Source: an uncultured Bacillota bacterium (GTDB lineage Bacteria; Bacillota; Clostridia; Christensenellales; UBA1242). Taken from it: 42,738 bases of DNA. Under the pieces are notes generated by a model. That model made no database searches. It was not told where the DNA came from and worked only from the letters and a program-made list of their open reading frames with translations. Position numbers and translations under genes: made by a program. Position 1 is the stretch's first letter. Every line of letters begins with the position of its first letter. The stretch is taken from positions 1 to 42,738 of the forward strand of contig CASFYE010000052.1 of the NCBI GenBank assembly GCA_949298925.1, given 5' to 3'. This document shows positions 9,676 through 18,186 of this stretch, piece by piece.

Positions 9676-9763
9676 TGCGCGCAAATAAAGCTCGTGCATC
9701 GCACGAGCTTTTGTGCCCTGCAAGAAGCAGGGCACGAGCCACTTTTCGTGGCTTTTGCGCGCA
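9676..9763. other. Perfect four-way-junction palindromic element (candidate ncRNA or REP-like unit)
   Basis: Outer stem TGCGCGCAAA/TTTGCGCGCA enclosing three perfect hairpins at 9687-9711, 9713-9735 and 9737-9753. Confidence 0.7.
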
Positions 9764-9822
9764 GAGTTGGTCACAAAAGAATTATTTTTTTTCAGTTAGC
9801 CAAACTAAATTTAGGGGGCAAA

Positions 9823-10311
9823 ATGAAAAGGAAAGTGTTAATTATCACAATTTTATTAATGTTTGTGATTTCGTCATTTTACGGATGTGGCAAGCAATTA
9901 AGTTATGGCGATGTTGTGCGCGATTCGGCTTTGACAGGTGGAGATTTGAGTTTTGTTTATGACAAACAAACTCACACGGCGACATTTGGTGGGCAAGGCG
10001 AAGTTGTTGCCTACTATATCGGTGATGAAGAGTTGGGTATAAAGTCTGGTAATAGAATAGGAGTTAAAATTTACGCACCTGATGAAATAACAGATTACTC
10101 TAAGGCCAAACTTGATTTTGAAGGAATGCAATACACTTCAGGAAGTTTTATGAGTAAAGTTTACGATCAAACTCAAAATTATTTTGTTTTGAAGCCATTA
10201 GTAAGCGAAGATGTTTCTTCTTTAGAAATTAGAGTTACATGGACGCCAGACAGTGAAACACAAACATACATAATTAAGGTTGCAAAAGGCACAAAGTTTG
10301 CAAATTCATAA
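9823..10311 (+). CDS. Putative lipoprotein
   Basis: MKRK + hydrophobic stretch + FYGC lipobox-like motif; AGGGGG RBS before ATG 9823. Confidence 0.75.
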   Translation: MKRKVLIITILLMFVISSFYGCGKQLSYGDVVRDSALTGGDLSFVYDKQTHTATFGGQGEVVAYYIGDEELGIKSGNRIGVKIYAPDEITDYSKAKLDFEGMQYTSGSFMSKVYDQTQNYFVLKPLVSEDVSSLEIRVTWTPDSETQTYIIKVAKGTKFANS

Positions 10312-10353
10312 AAAATGTTTTTTCTATCGGAAGTGTTATGATATAATAAATCC

Positions 10354-11184
10354 ATGAAAAAAGATATTGTAGCGCAGTCGCAAGAAAAAGAAAGCGAGAA
10401 AAAGAAAAAAATAGATAAGGCAGAAATTTTTCGCATTTTAAAATTTGTTGGCTTTTCAATTTCTGCTGGAGTTATTCAAATTGCTTCATTTGAAATTTTG
10501 TATCATGCTATAAATTGGCTTTGGTGGCCAAGTTATTTGATTTCAATAATTTTGTCGGTCATTTGGAATTTTACTTTTAATCGCAAGTTTACTTTTCAAT
10601 CTGCCAACAACGTTTATATAGCAATGGCATGGACGCTTTTGTATTACGTTGCATTCATTCCTATATCAGTTTTTGGTGGGAATGAACTTGAAAATATAGG
10701 TTGGCATGGAACTTTGGTGACAGCACTTATGATGCTTTTAAATTTCGTAACTGAATTTGCTTGGCAAAGGTATTTTGTTTTTAGAAAATCCATTAATTCA
10801 AAACCGTTGCCAAAAACAGTGCAAATGGCATTGCATTCTGAACCGTTTGAAAAAATAGCATCTGGATTAAAAAAAGTTGAAATGCGGCTTTTTGATAACA
10901 AAAGAAAAGAGTTAAATGTTGGCGACAAAATAGTTTTTAAAGAAAGGACAAATGAAAACAACAAAATAAAAGTCAAAATAACTAAATTAAACAAATTTTC
11001 TTCATTTGATGAACTTTATCGTTTTTACAAAGATAAGACCGTGCTAGGTTATGCACCAAATGAAACGGCGGATCCTAAAGATATGGAAAAATATTACACG
11101 AAAGAAAAACAAAAAATGGGGGTCCTTGCAATTGAATTTGAATTAATCAGCAAAAACAATGAGAAAAATGTAAAATTAAATTAA
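10354..11184 (+). CDS. GtrA family membrane domain fused to a C-terminal ASCH domain
   Basis: KFVGFSISAG, WNFTFNRKFTF, QRYFVF (GtrA); MALHSEPFEKIASGLKKVEMRLFDNKR..LNVGDKIVF (ASCH). Confidence 0.85.
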   Translation: MKKDIVAQSQEKESEKKKKIDKAEIFRILKFVGFSISAGVIQIASFEILYHAINWLWWPSYLISIILSVIWNFTFNRKFTFQSANNVYIAMAWTLLYYVAFIPISVFGGNELENIGWHGTLVTALMMLLNFVTEFAWQRYFVFRKSINSKPLPKTVQMALHSEPFEKIASGLKKVEMRLFDNKRKELNVGDKIVFKERTNENNKIKVKITKLNKFSSFDELYRFYKDKTVLGYAPNETADPKDMEKYYTKEKQKMGVLAIEFELISKNNEKNVKLN

Positions 11185-11399
11185 CAAAAAAGTTTTTAAA
11201 TTTGAAAAATCATTACTAAGGAATAAAAACAAAATAAATTGTCATAAGATTTTGGAATATTGGTTTTCTGTAATATTGCTGGCAATTTATTTTTTTATAC
11301 AAAAAAGCATTTGTCAATTGAAAATAAATCGCAGTGTGAATACAATAATTCTTTTAATGTAACTGTGCCAATTTAATTTTAAGAAAATAATTTTGAGTA

Positions 11400-11428
11400 T
11401 TGACAACAGTAAAAAGGTGTGATATATT
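11400..11428 (+). promoter_or_regulatory. Sigma-A-type promoter of ankyrin gene 1
   Basis: TTGACA-17 bp-TATATT; near-identical copy at 12998-13026. Confidence 0.75.
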
Positions 11429-11452
11429 GTGTATAACAAGGGAGAAAAAAAC

Positions 11453-12877
11453 GTGGAAAACATTATAGATGAAATTAAAGAGTTAATTGAAATAAATGAT
11501 GTAGAAGCAGAGGAATACTTAATTAATTATTTTTCAGAGTTGGACGAAAAAAGTAGCAAAGATGAAGAATTGTTGAAAATGAAATCTTCTGATGGCGAAA
11601 CATTGATAGACCTGGCTATTTTTAAAAAAATGAGGAAATTCTTGTGTTTACTAGTAGAAAAATATCCAAATCTTGCGCAAAACAGTTTACACAGGGCGGC
11701 AGAGGAAGGCTTTTCAGACGTTTTAATCAAAGCGTTAGAAGTTGATCCAAGTCTTGCAAAAGTGCAAAATAAAAAAGGTGAAACCTTTTTGCATGAGGCG
11801 GCATGGAAAGGTCTTTCAGACGTTTTAATCAAAGCGTTAGAAGTTGATCCAAGTCTTGCAAAAATACAAGATTATACTGGCGATACGTTTTTGCATGCTG
11901 CAGTTAGGCGAGGTCTTTATTACGTTTTGATCAAAGCGTTAGAAGTTGATCCAAGTCTTGCAAAAGTGCAAAACAAAAAAGGTGAAACCTTTTTGAATAA
12001 GGCGGCGTGGGAAGGTCTTTCAGACGTTTTAATCAAAGCGTTAGAAGTTGATCCAAGTCTTGCAAAATTACAAGACAAATATGGCTACACTTTTTTGCAT
12101 GCTGCGGCAGAGAAAGGTCTTTCAGACGTTTTAATCAAAGCGTTTGAAGTTGATCCAAGTCTTGCAAGAATTCAAGACCACCGTGGGAACACCTTTTTGC
12201 ATTATGCGGCAGAGAAAGGGCTTTCAGGCGTCTTAATAAAGGCGTTAGAAGTTGATCTAAGTCTTGCAAAAGTGCAAAATGAAGAAGGCGAAACTTTTTT
12301 GCATGAGGCGGCAAAGAAGGGGTTTTTAGGCGTTTTAATAAAAGTGTTAGAAGTTGATCCGAGCCTTGCTAAAGTGCAAAACGAATATGGCGATACGTTT
12401 TTGCACGATGCGGCATGGAAAGGTCTTTCAGCTGTTTTAATTAAAGCATTAGAAGTTGATCTGAGTCTTGCAAGAGTGCAAAGTAAAAAAGGCTATACGT
12501 TTTTGCATGATGCGGCAGACAAAGGTCTTTCAGAAGTTCTAATCAAAGCGTTAGAAGTTGATCCGAACCTTGTTAAAGCGCAAGATTACAAAGGCTATAA
12601 TTTTCTGCATAAGGCGGCGGTGAATGGTCTTTCAGATGTTTTAATCAAAGCGTTAGAGATAAATCCGGAATTTTTAACAATTAAAACGAGAGAAGGACAA
12701 ACTGTTCTAGATCTCGCGAGGGAGACGGCATCTAAAAGAGGTTGTAAAGCAGACTTTTCGGAATTTTTCAAACTTGCTGCACCAATGAACCAAAAAGAAG
12801 CTAAAGAAAATATTCAAAATGCAAAAATCTTTTTAAATGAAAGAAAAGCTCAAAAGCTGGGCGAAGATAGAAGATAA
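11453..12877 (+). CDS. Ankyrin-repeat protein (about 10 repeats of 34 aa)
   Basis: Repeats of G.TFLH.AA..G.SDVLIKALEVDPSLAK.Q; GGGAG RBS before GTG 11453. Confidence 0.92.
   Translation: MENIIDEIKELIEINDVEAEEYLINYFSELDEKSSKDEELLKMKSSDGETLIDLAIFKKMRKFLCLLVEKYPNLAQNSLHRAAEEGFSDVLIKALEVDPSLAKVQNKKGETFLHEAAWKGLSDVLIKALEVDPSLAKIQDYTGDTFLHAAVRRGLYYVLIKALEVDPSLAKVQNKKGETFLNKAAWEGLSDVLIKALEVDPSLAKLQDKYGYTFLHAAAEKGLSDVLIKAFEVDPSLARIQDHRGNTFLHYAAEKGLSGVLIKALEVDLSLAKVQNEEGETFLHEAAKKGFLGVLIKVLEVDPSLAKVQNEYGDTFLHDAAWKGLSAVLIKALEVDLSLARVQSKKGYTFLHDAADKGLSEVLIKALEVDPNLVKAQDYKGYNFLHKAAVNGLSDVLIKALEINPEFLTIKTREGQTVLDLARETASKRGCKADFSEFFKLAAPMNQKEAKENIQNAKIFLNERKAQKLGEDRR
11686..12670 (+). repeat. Intragenic 102-bp tandem repeat array (ankyrin units)
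   Basis: Units start at 11765, 11867, 11969, 12071, 12173, 12275, 12377, 12479 and 12581, plus a partial first unit. Confidence 0.92.
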
Positions 12878-12909
12878 ATTAAAATTTGTTGTTAGCGGGA
12901 AATGAAAAG

Positions 12910-12935
12910 ACACCTTAAAAATTAAGGTGTTTTTT
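12910..12935 (+). terminator. Intrinsic terminator of ankyrin gene 1
   Basis: ACACCTTAA aaa TTAAGGTGT (T)n; the same hairpin follows gene 2. Confidence 0.8.
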
Positions 12936-12997
12936 AATAAAATTAATTATTAAATAAAAAAATCGTGAGATTGTTGTAAGATTAATAATTTTGAGTA

Positions 12998-13026
12998 TTG
13001 ACAACAGTAAAAAGATGTGATATATT
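12998..13026 (+). promoter_or_regulatory. Sigma-A-type promoter of ankyrin gene 2
   Basis: TTGACA-17 bp-TATATT, duplicate of 11400-11428. Confidence 0.75.
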
Positions 13027-13050
13027 GTGACTAACAAAGGAGAAAAAAAC

Positions 13051-13671
13051 ATGAGAAACATTAAAGAAAACATTGTAGATGAAATTAAGATGTCGATTAA
13101 AGAAAACAGTGCAGAAGCGGAGAAATACTTAATCAACTATTTTTCTGAGTTGAATAAAGAAGGTTTCAATGATGATGAATTGTTAAGAATGAAAACTTCT
13201 GATGGCGCGACATTGATAGATTTGGCAATTTCAGAAGGATTACAGAACTTTTTGTGCTTTATAGTGAAATATTATACAAATTTTGCAAAAGTACAAAATA
13301 AAGAAGGAAATACTTTTTTGCATAAGGCGGCACGGAAAGGCTTTTCAGGCGTTCTAATAACAGCCTTAGATGTAGATCAAGATTTTGCGAAAGTACAAAA
13401 TAAAAAAGGCGAAACCTTTTTGCATGAGGCGACAAAAGGCGATGCCGTAGAGGCCCTAATCAAAGCGTTAGAAGTTGATCCTGAACTTTTAACAATTAAA
13501 ACTAAAAAAGGTAAAACTGTCTTGGATATGGCAAGAGAAAGGAAATCTAGCTTTAATTGTGATCTTCGTTTCTATAATTTTTTTGAACTCTTTAATAAAG
13601 AAGAAAACAAAAAAATAATAACTCATCTAAATGAGAGAATGCTTCTAAGATTGGGCGACGATAGAAGCTAA
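13051..13671 (+). CDS. Ankyrin-repeat protein, short paralog of 11453-12877
   Basis: Shared N-terminus (EAE.YLINYFSEL, MK.SDG.TLIDLAI), 2 internal repeats, C-terminal LGDDRS; AAGGAG RBS. Confidence 0.9.
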   Translation: MRNIKENIVDEIKMSIKENSAEAEKYLINYFSELNKEGFNDDELLRMKTSDGATLIDLAISEGLQNFLCFIVKYYTNFAKVQNKEGNTFLHKAARKGFSGVLITALDVDQDFAKVQNKKGETFLHEATKGDAVEALIKALEVDPELLTIKTKKGKTVLDMARERKSSFNCDLRFYNFFELFNKEENKKIITHLNERMLLRLGDDRS

Positions 13672-13701
13672 TTCTAAATTAAACGATGGTAGAAAATAAA
13701 T

Positions 13702-13732
13702 AAAAACACCTTAAAAATTAAGGTGTTTTTTT
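13702..13732 (+). terminator. Intrinsic terminator of ankyrin gene 2
   Basis: AAAAACACCTTAA aaa TTAAGGTGTTTTTTT. Confidence 0.8.
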
Positions 13733-13891
13733 GTTAAAAATTTTATAAAAAAATTAAAGTCGTAATAATAAAAGAAAATAAATTTACAAAACTCGAATTA
13801 GAAATAAGGTTTGATTATTTTAAAGTATATCTTAAATTCTTTGACTATTTTAATGTATTTTTAATTCTTTTTACAATTTTTTAAGCAAAGA

Positions 13892-15094
13892 TTAATCACA
13901 TTTTAAGACGACTTTGATCGTGTCACGTGGGTTTTCAATTAAGAGTTTAAAAGCTTTTTTGTAGTCATCAAGGGCAAAGCGGTGAGTAATAAAGCCTTCG
14001 GTAATGAGCTGTTTTTTTAGCATCATTTCTTTTACTATTTCAAAGGTTTGCTTAGGCTCGCCATTTATAATTTCTAGCCCATGTGAATCAGCGCCTATAA
14101 TATTTAGCCCTTGCCACCAGATTGGCGTTTCGTCAAATTTAGTTTTTGTCATTTGATAGCCAACCTTAACGAGTGTGCCTTGTGCCTTTAACCATCTTAG
14201 TGTGTCGTTAAAAAGTGTGCCTTTGCCAACACAATCGTATATCACATCGAAACCGCCTAAAATCATCCTGTTGTTTCCTTTTTCATATAGTTTGCCTTGT
14301 GTGGCTTTTGCAACGGCTTTGTAAGGATCTCCAGATAGAATTTCATCAGCACCAAGTTTTTTTGCAAATGCGTGTTTGTTTGGATTGTTTTCCATAACAA
14401 AAATTTTGCATTCTGGCATCAGTAACTTTGCAAATTGGATCACGTTTAATCCAATCATGCCAGCACCTATCACCAAAACTTTATCGTTAGGTTTTGGAAT
14501 ATGCTTTAAAACTGCGTGGAGAGAAACTGCGAAAGGCTCTACTAAAACTGCCTCATCATTTGTCAAATCGTTTACTTCGATGAGTTGCCCTTCTGGTGCG
14601 ATATAACTGTCGCTCATGCCTGCGCCAACAGGCTCTTGAACTTTGCTAGGCATACCGTAGTTTTCACAATCTGAATAATTTCCTTTTTTGCACATTTCGC
14701 AAAATTCATTAGGCTTAAAACCTTTAAGTTCGCAACTTGCCATGTATTTTTGCATACAAACTTTGTCGCCCACTTTTAAATTTTTTACGTCTTTTCCGAT
14801 TTCTACAACTTCGCCAACGGTTTCATGCCCCAAATAAGTTATTTCAGAACATGGCATTGGCAAAAAAGCAGTGCTTGGCCCTTGCGCACAGCGATAAAAA
14901 GTCATATCAGATCCACAAATTCCTGTTTGTATATTTTTTACGCGAACCCAGTTTTCAGCAGGTAGTTTAGGATCAGGAAATTTTTTAAAAATTACAGGCG
15001 ACAATTTGCTGTGATATGCTTTTTTTGAAAAAGCACTTAAAACCTTAATGATAGCGACTTTTGAAATCTTTCCTTCGAACAATAAAGTTTTCAT
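13892..15094 (-). CDS. Zinc-binding alcohol dehydrogenase (MDR family)
   Basis: GICGSD, LGHETVGEV, Cys cluster, VIGAGMIG Rossmann motif. Confidence 0.92.
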   Translation of the reverse strand: MKTLLFEGKISKVAIIKVLSAFSKKAYHSKLSPVIFKKFPDPKLPAENWVRVKNIQTGICGSDMTFYRCAQGPSTAFLPMPCSEITYLGHETVGEVVEIGKDVKNLKVGDKVCMQKYMASCELKGFKPNEFCEMCKKGNYSDCENYGMPSKVQEPVGAGMSDSYIAPEGQLIEVNDLTNDEAVLVEPFAVSLHAVLKHIPKPNDKVLVIGAGMIGLNVIQFAKLLMPECKIFVMENNPNKHAFAKKLGADEILSGDPYKAVAKATQGKLYEKGNNRMILGGFDVIYDCVGKGTLFNDTLRWLKAQGTLVKVGYQMTKTKFDETPIWWQGLNIIGADSHGLEIINGEPKQTFEIVKEMMLKKQLITEGFITHRFALDDYKKAFKLLIENPRDTIKVVLKCD

Positions 15095-15235
15095 ATTACA
15101 CCTCTTTTTTTAATTTATCATAATTGTTGCAAATTAAAAAAACAAAATAACAGTTTTTTAAATATTTTATAATAAAAATTAAATTAAGAATAAAATGGCT
15201 GTTTTTGAGAATGCTATTATTAAGGAGGAAAAGAA

Positions 15236-15469
15236 ATGATAATAGCAAATTATATTGCTTATATCTTAACACTGATTGGCGGACTTAATTGGGGGCTTGT
15301 AGGTATTTTTAACTTTGATCTTGTCAACTGGATGTGCGGAGGCAGAAATGTGGGGTCCATCATCATATATATTGTCATTCTTTTGGCGACATTGTGGCTC
15401 ATCATATCTCCAATTTTGTCAAGAGGTATGTTAGATTTGGGTTATACGCGTCGCGATGACAAACAATAA
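15236..15469 (+). CDS. DUF378 family small membrane protein
   Basis: IGGLNWGLVGIFNFDLV signature; AAGGAGG RBS. Confidence 0.88.
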   Translation: MIIANYIAYILTLIGGLNWGLVGIFNFDLVNWMCGGRNVGSIIIYIVILLATLWLIISPILSRGMLDLGYTRRDDKQ

Positions 15470-15510
15470 TAAAAACCTTTTAAATTAGCATTTTTAACTG
15501 TTTAAAAGAC

Positions 15511-15546
15511 AAAGAGAACGTTAAACTAAAAAACGTTCTCTTTTTT
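15511..15546 (+). terminator. Intrinsic terminator
   Basis: AAAGAGAACGTT...AACGTTCTCTTTTTT. Confidence 0.75.
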
Positions 15547-15705
15547 ATAATCAATATTTTTTTTAAATGTAACAATTTTTCGGATTTTTTAATTAAAAGC
15601 TCTAAAACATATTTTGATTTTTGTAATACTTTTTATATGATTATGTTATAATGTGTTATAAAAAAAACAAATTAACAGTTATAAAATTTAATATGAGACA
15701 AAGCG

Positions 15706-15861
15706 ATGTTTGAGTACAAGGTAGAAAAATACAAAATTAAAAATGCAGAGGAGTCGATGAACAATTTGGCAAAAGAAGGTTGGCGTGTCATTTCAGTTTC
15801 TCCAAATGAGGCACTAGGATTTGGAATTATTGTAACTTATGAGCGTGAGGTCAAAAATTGA
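15706..15861 (+). CDS. DUF4177-like small protein, 51 aa; absent from the ORF track
   Basis: MFEYKVEKYKIKNAEESMNNLAKEGWRVISVSPNEALGFGIIVTYEREVKN*; EYKV...N.L..EGW.V.SV pattern. Confidence 0.75.
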   Translation: MFEYKVEKYKIKNAEESMNNLAKEGWRVISVSPNEALGFGIIVTYEREVKN

Positions 15862-15899
15862 CGTTTTACATAATGATTTAACAAAAAAACAAAACTTTT

Positions 15900-16394
15900 T
15901 TACTTACTAAAATAAACAATTTCATAATAAGATGTTTTTAATTGTGTGTGTTTGTTTTGTGTGTCAATAATTTCTAAATTTCCATTTTCATTTATTTTTA
16001 TTTGTATGTAATTAGCATATAATGCTGTTATCTTCCATTTTTTATAAACTAATTCGTTATTGTCAAATGAAATCGATTTATAATAGTTGCCAATTTCATA
16101 TTCCATGCTTTTATCATGCGTCATATCTTTTGTCGTTGTAAAAATCATCTCTGGACAGTCTAGTTTATTGTATTCTTCGTAATCGATTACAGTTTCCTCA
16201 ATATCAAAATTGTAAAATGAATTCAATGTTGTAGTGTTGTTTTGAGAATCTAAGTAGGTGACTGAACAAACCTCCTGAAAGCCTTTAACGAGCTCTGTTA
16301 TCGTTTCAGTTACTTCTTCTTTACATCCCCAGCCTATTAAACATACAGAAGTCATTATTAAAATCAAACAAACTGTTGACAAAAATTTTTTCAT
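15900..16394 (-). CDS. Putative lipoprotein
   Basis: MKK + hydrophobic helix + GWGC; GGAGG RBS. Confidence 0.75.
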   Translation of the reverse strand: MKKFLSTVCLILIMTSVCLIGWGCKEEVTETITELVKGFQEVCSVTYLDSQNNTTTLNSFYNFDIEETVIDYEEYNKLDCPEMIFTTTKDMTHDKSMEYEIGNYYKSISFDNNELVYKKWKITALYANYIQIKINENGNLEIIDTQNKHTQLKTSYYEIVYFSK

Positions 16395-16508
16395 ATTGCC
16401 TCCGTGGTTATTATATCATGTTTATATGATTAAATCAATAGGTCAACTTTTACATTTTACCAACGATCGGCTAGTTTGTTTTTAACTTACCAAATTTGCT
16501 TATTTAAC

Positions 16509-16557
16509 AAAACGAAGCGAATAGTTTCGTTTTATTCTTTGGTAGCCTCAAGGGGAG
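16509..16557 (-). repeat. Direct copy of the tRNA-Glu 3' end plus its terminator
   Basis: Near-identical to 16789-16837 (280 bp offset); includes CTCCCCTTGAGGCTACCA on the minus strand. Confidence 0.9.
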
Positions 16558-16819
16558 CCACACCCTAAAAAAGCAAGCTTTTTTAGGGGACCTATCTCAC
16601 CACAAGGGGTTCGACTCCCAAACATCTGAAAAACTTCGCCACCGAAAAACTAAAAAGTTTTTCTTGCCACGCTTTAGAAAAAAAGCTAAAAACAGTCATT
16701 TGACTTAACCAAACTCCTGTTTTATAGCATTTTTTCCGCTTGCCTCGCTCGTTTTTGAGATGTTTGTTAAAATTTTCAATTATTAAAAAAAACGAAGCCA
16801 ATCGCTTCGTTTTATTCTT

Positions 16820-16894
16820 TGGTAGCCTCAAGGGGAGTCGAACCCCTCATTCCGCCGTGAAGGGGCGGCGTCTTAGCCGATTGACCATGAGGCC
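16820..16894 (-). tRNA. tRNA-Glu (TTC)
   Basis: GGCCTCATGGTCAATCGGCTAAGACGCCGCC-CCTTCAC-GGCGGAATGAGGGGTTCGACTCCCCTTGAGGCTACCA; full cloverleaf with encoded CCA; C at position 33. Confidence 0.93.
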
Positions 16895-16958
16895 GTGACA
16901 GTCGATTATGATTATAATCGATAACAAAGGGTTAAGTCAAGTGTTTTGACAAAAAAAA

Positions 16959-17708
16959 TCATTTTTTTATTTTACTACTCGATTGTTTGCGTGCAAAAGT
17001 GATGACAAAAACGTTGTTTGCAAATTTTTTAAGCTCCTTTGCACATTCATTTGCGGTTGCACCAGTCGTCATTACATCATCTACAAGTAAAATGCTTTTG
17101 TTTAAAATTTTAGTTTTGTCCGTTACTTTAAATGCGTGATGCAAGTTTTTTTGTCTGTCAAAAAATCCTAGTTCTTTTTGATGCTTTGTTTCTTTAACCT
17201 TTTCAAAGCATTTAGTTTCAACCGGCAAATTACAAAGTTTTGATAGTTCTTCCGCAAGCATTTGTGCTTGATTAAATTTTCGTTTGGAAAATGACTTTTT
17301 TGACAATGGCATAGGTATGATTATGTCAAATTCAATATCAGTCTGTTTTAGCCGATCATTCATTAATTGCGCCATATGAGGAGCAAGATATTTTGCATTG
17401 CTGTCTTTAAATTTTAGTATTACTTTTTTTACCATGTCTATGTAAGGATAAACTGAAATTGCTCTGTCAAAAGCTTTTCGATGAGATTTGCAATTGTCAC
17501 AAACTATGCTGTCGCCTTGTAGTATATCATCACAAAGCTTACAACGTTTGTCGTTTTCAAAATGTAGTTTTTCTTCGCATTCATCACAATAACAAATTTT
17601 AGGGTCGGGAATATCTCGACCACAAAATATGCATTTTAAATTCGAAGGAAAAAATATTTCTAAAATCCAATTCCAAATTTTTTTTAAAGTTTTCATATTG
17701 TTTATCAA
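16959..17708 (-). CDS. ComF family protein (zinc ribbon + phosphoribosyltransferase domain)
   Basis: FP..CIFCG, CKLC, CDNC, RKFNQA, ILLVDDVMTTGAT. Confidence 0.92.
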   Translation of the reverse strand: MINNMKTLKKIWNWILEIFFPSNLKCIFCGRDIPDPKICYCDECEEKLHFENDKRCKLCDDILQGDSIVCDNCKSHRKAFDRAISVYPYIDMVKKVILKFKDSNAKYLAPHMAQLMNDRLKQTDIEFDIIIPMPLSKKSFSKRKFNQAQMLAEELSKLCNLPVETKCFEKVKETKHQKELGFFDRQKNLHHAFKVTDKTKILNKSILLVDDVMTTGATANECAKELKKFANNVFVITFARKQSSSKIKK

Positions 17709-17808
17709 AATGTGCTCATTAAAACGTTTTATTTTAAATCACCCCAAAGCATTGCGAAGCAATTGCTTTGGGGCTTTAAAAATCATTTAACCAAAATTTA
17801 ATTTTAGA

Positions 17809-18033
17809 TTAAATATTTAACAGTCTCATAATTCTTCCTGAGACGATCATGAGTATAAGGTCAATCAGCCAAACGATGTTGAAACCAAAGAATACTCTAA
17901 GTAATCCTGCCACTGGTTTTCCTTCCTTAAATCTTGTTAAAATGCCAAGTATCCAAGCGGTAACAGGTATTATTGCAAGGATAATGCTGACAATTCGTCC
18001 AAGTCCGAAGTAATCTTTTCCTTTTTTAGCCAT
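17809..18033 (-). CDS. Small membrane protein
   Basis: 74 aa with hydrophobic helices; AAAGGAGG RBS. Confidence 0.75.
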   Translation of the reverse strand: MAKKGKDYFGLGRIVSIILAIIPVTAWILGILTRFKEGKPVAGLLRVFFGFNIVWLIDLILMIVSGRIMRLLNI

Positions 18034-18137
18034 GATTTTTCCTCCTTTCTTTTAAAAGAATACCATTTTTTTATAAAAAAACAAAACGAATTACAAGTAC
18101 ATAGTGAATTTCAATTAGACAAAATTTTAATTACGTA

Positions 18138-18166
18138 TTGACAACTGATCACAAAGGTGCTATAAC
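18138..18166 (+). promoter_or_regulatory. Sigma-A-type promoter resembling the ankyrin gene promoters
   Basis: TTGACA-17 bp-TATAAC; shares GTATTGACAAC and AAAGGTG with the promoter at 11397-11419. Confidence 0.6.
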
Positions 18167-18186
18167 TTTTTTAAGAGGGCAATGAT

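Noticed and set aside
9675-9822. N-terminal extension of ORF 9694-10311 and ORF 9675-9962
   Set aside because: These run through the GC-rich palindrome; the signal peptide and RBS point to ATG 9823.
11686-12670. Diversity-generating retroelement target or TALE-like repeats
   Set aside because: No reverse transcriptase or template repeat in the window, substitutions are not confined to adenines, and the 34-aa unit has ankyrin rather than TALE motifs.
16509-16837. Integrated prophage or genomic island att sites at tRNA-Glu
   Set aside because: The direct repeats are only 280 bp apart, no integrase is present, and the duplication includes the terminator plus an inverted fragment.
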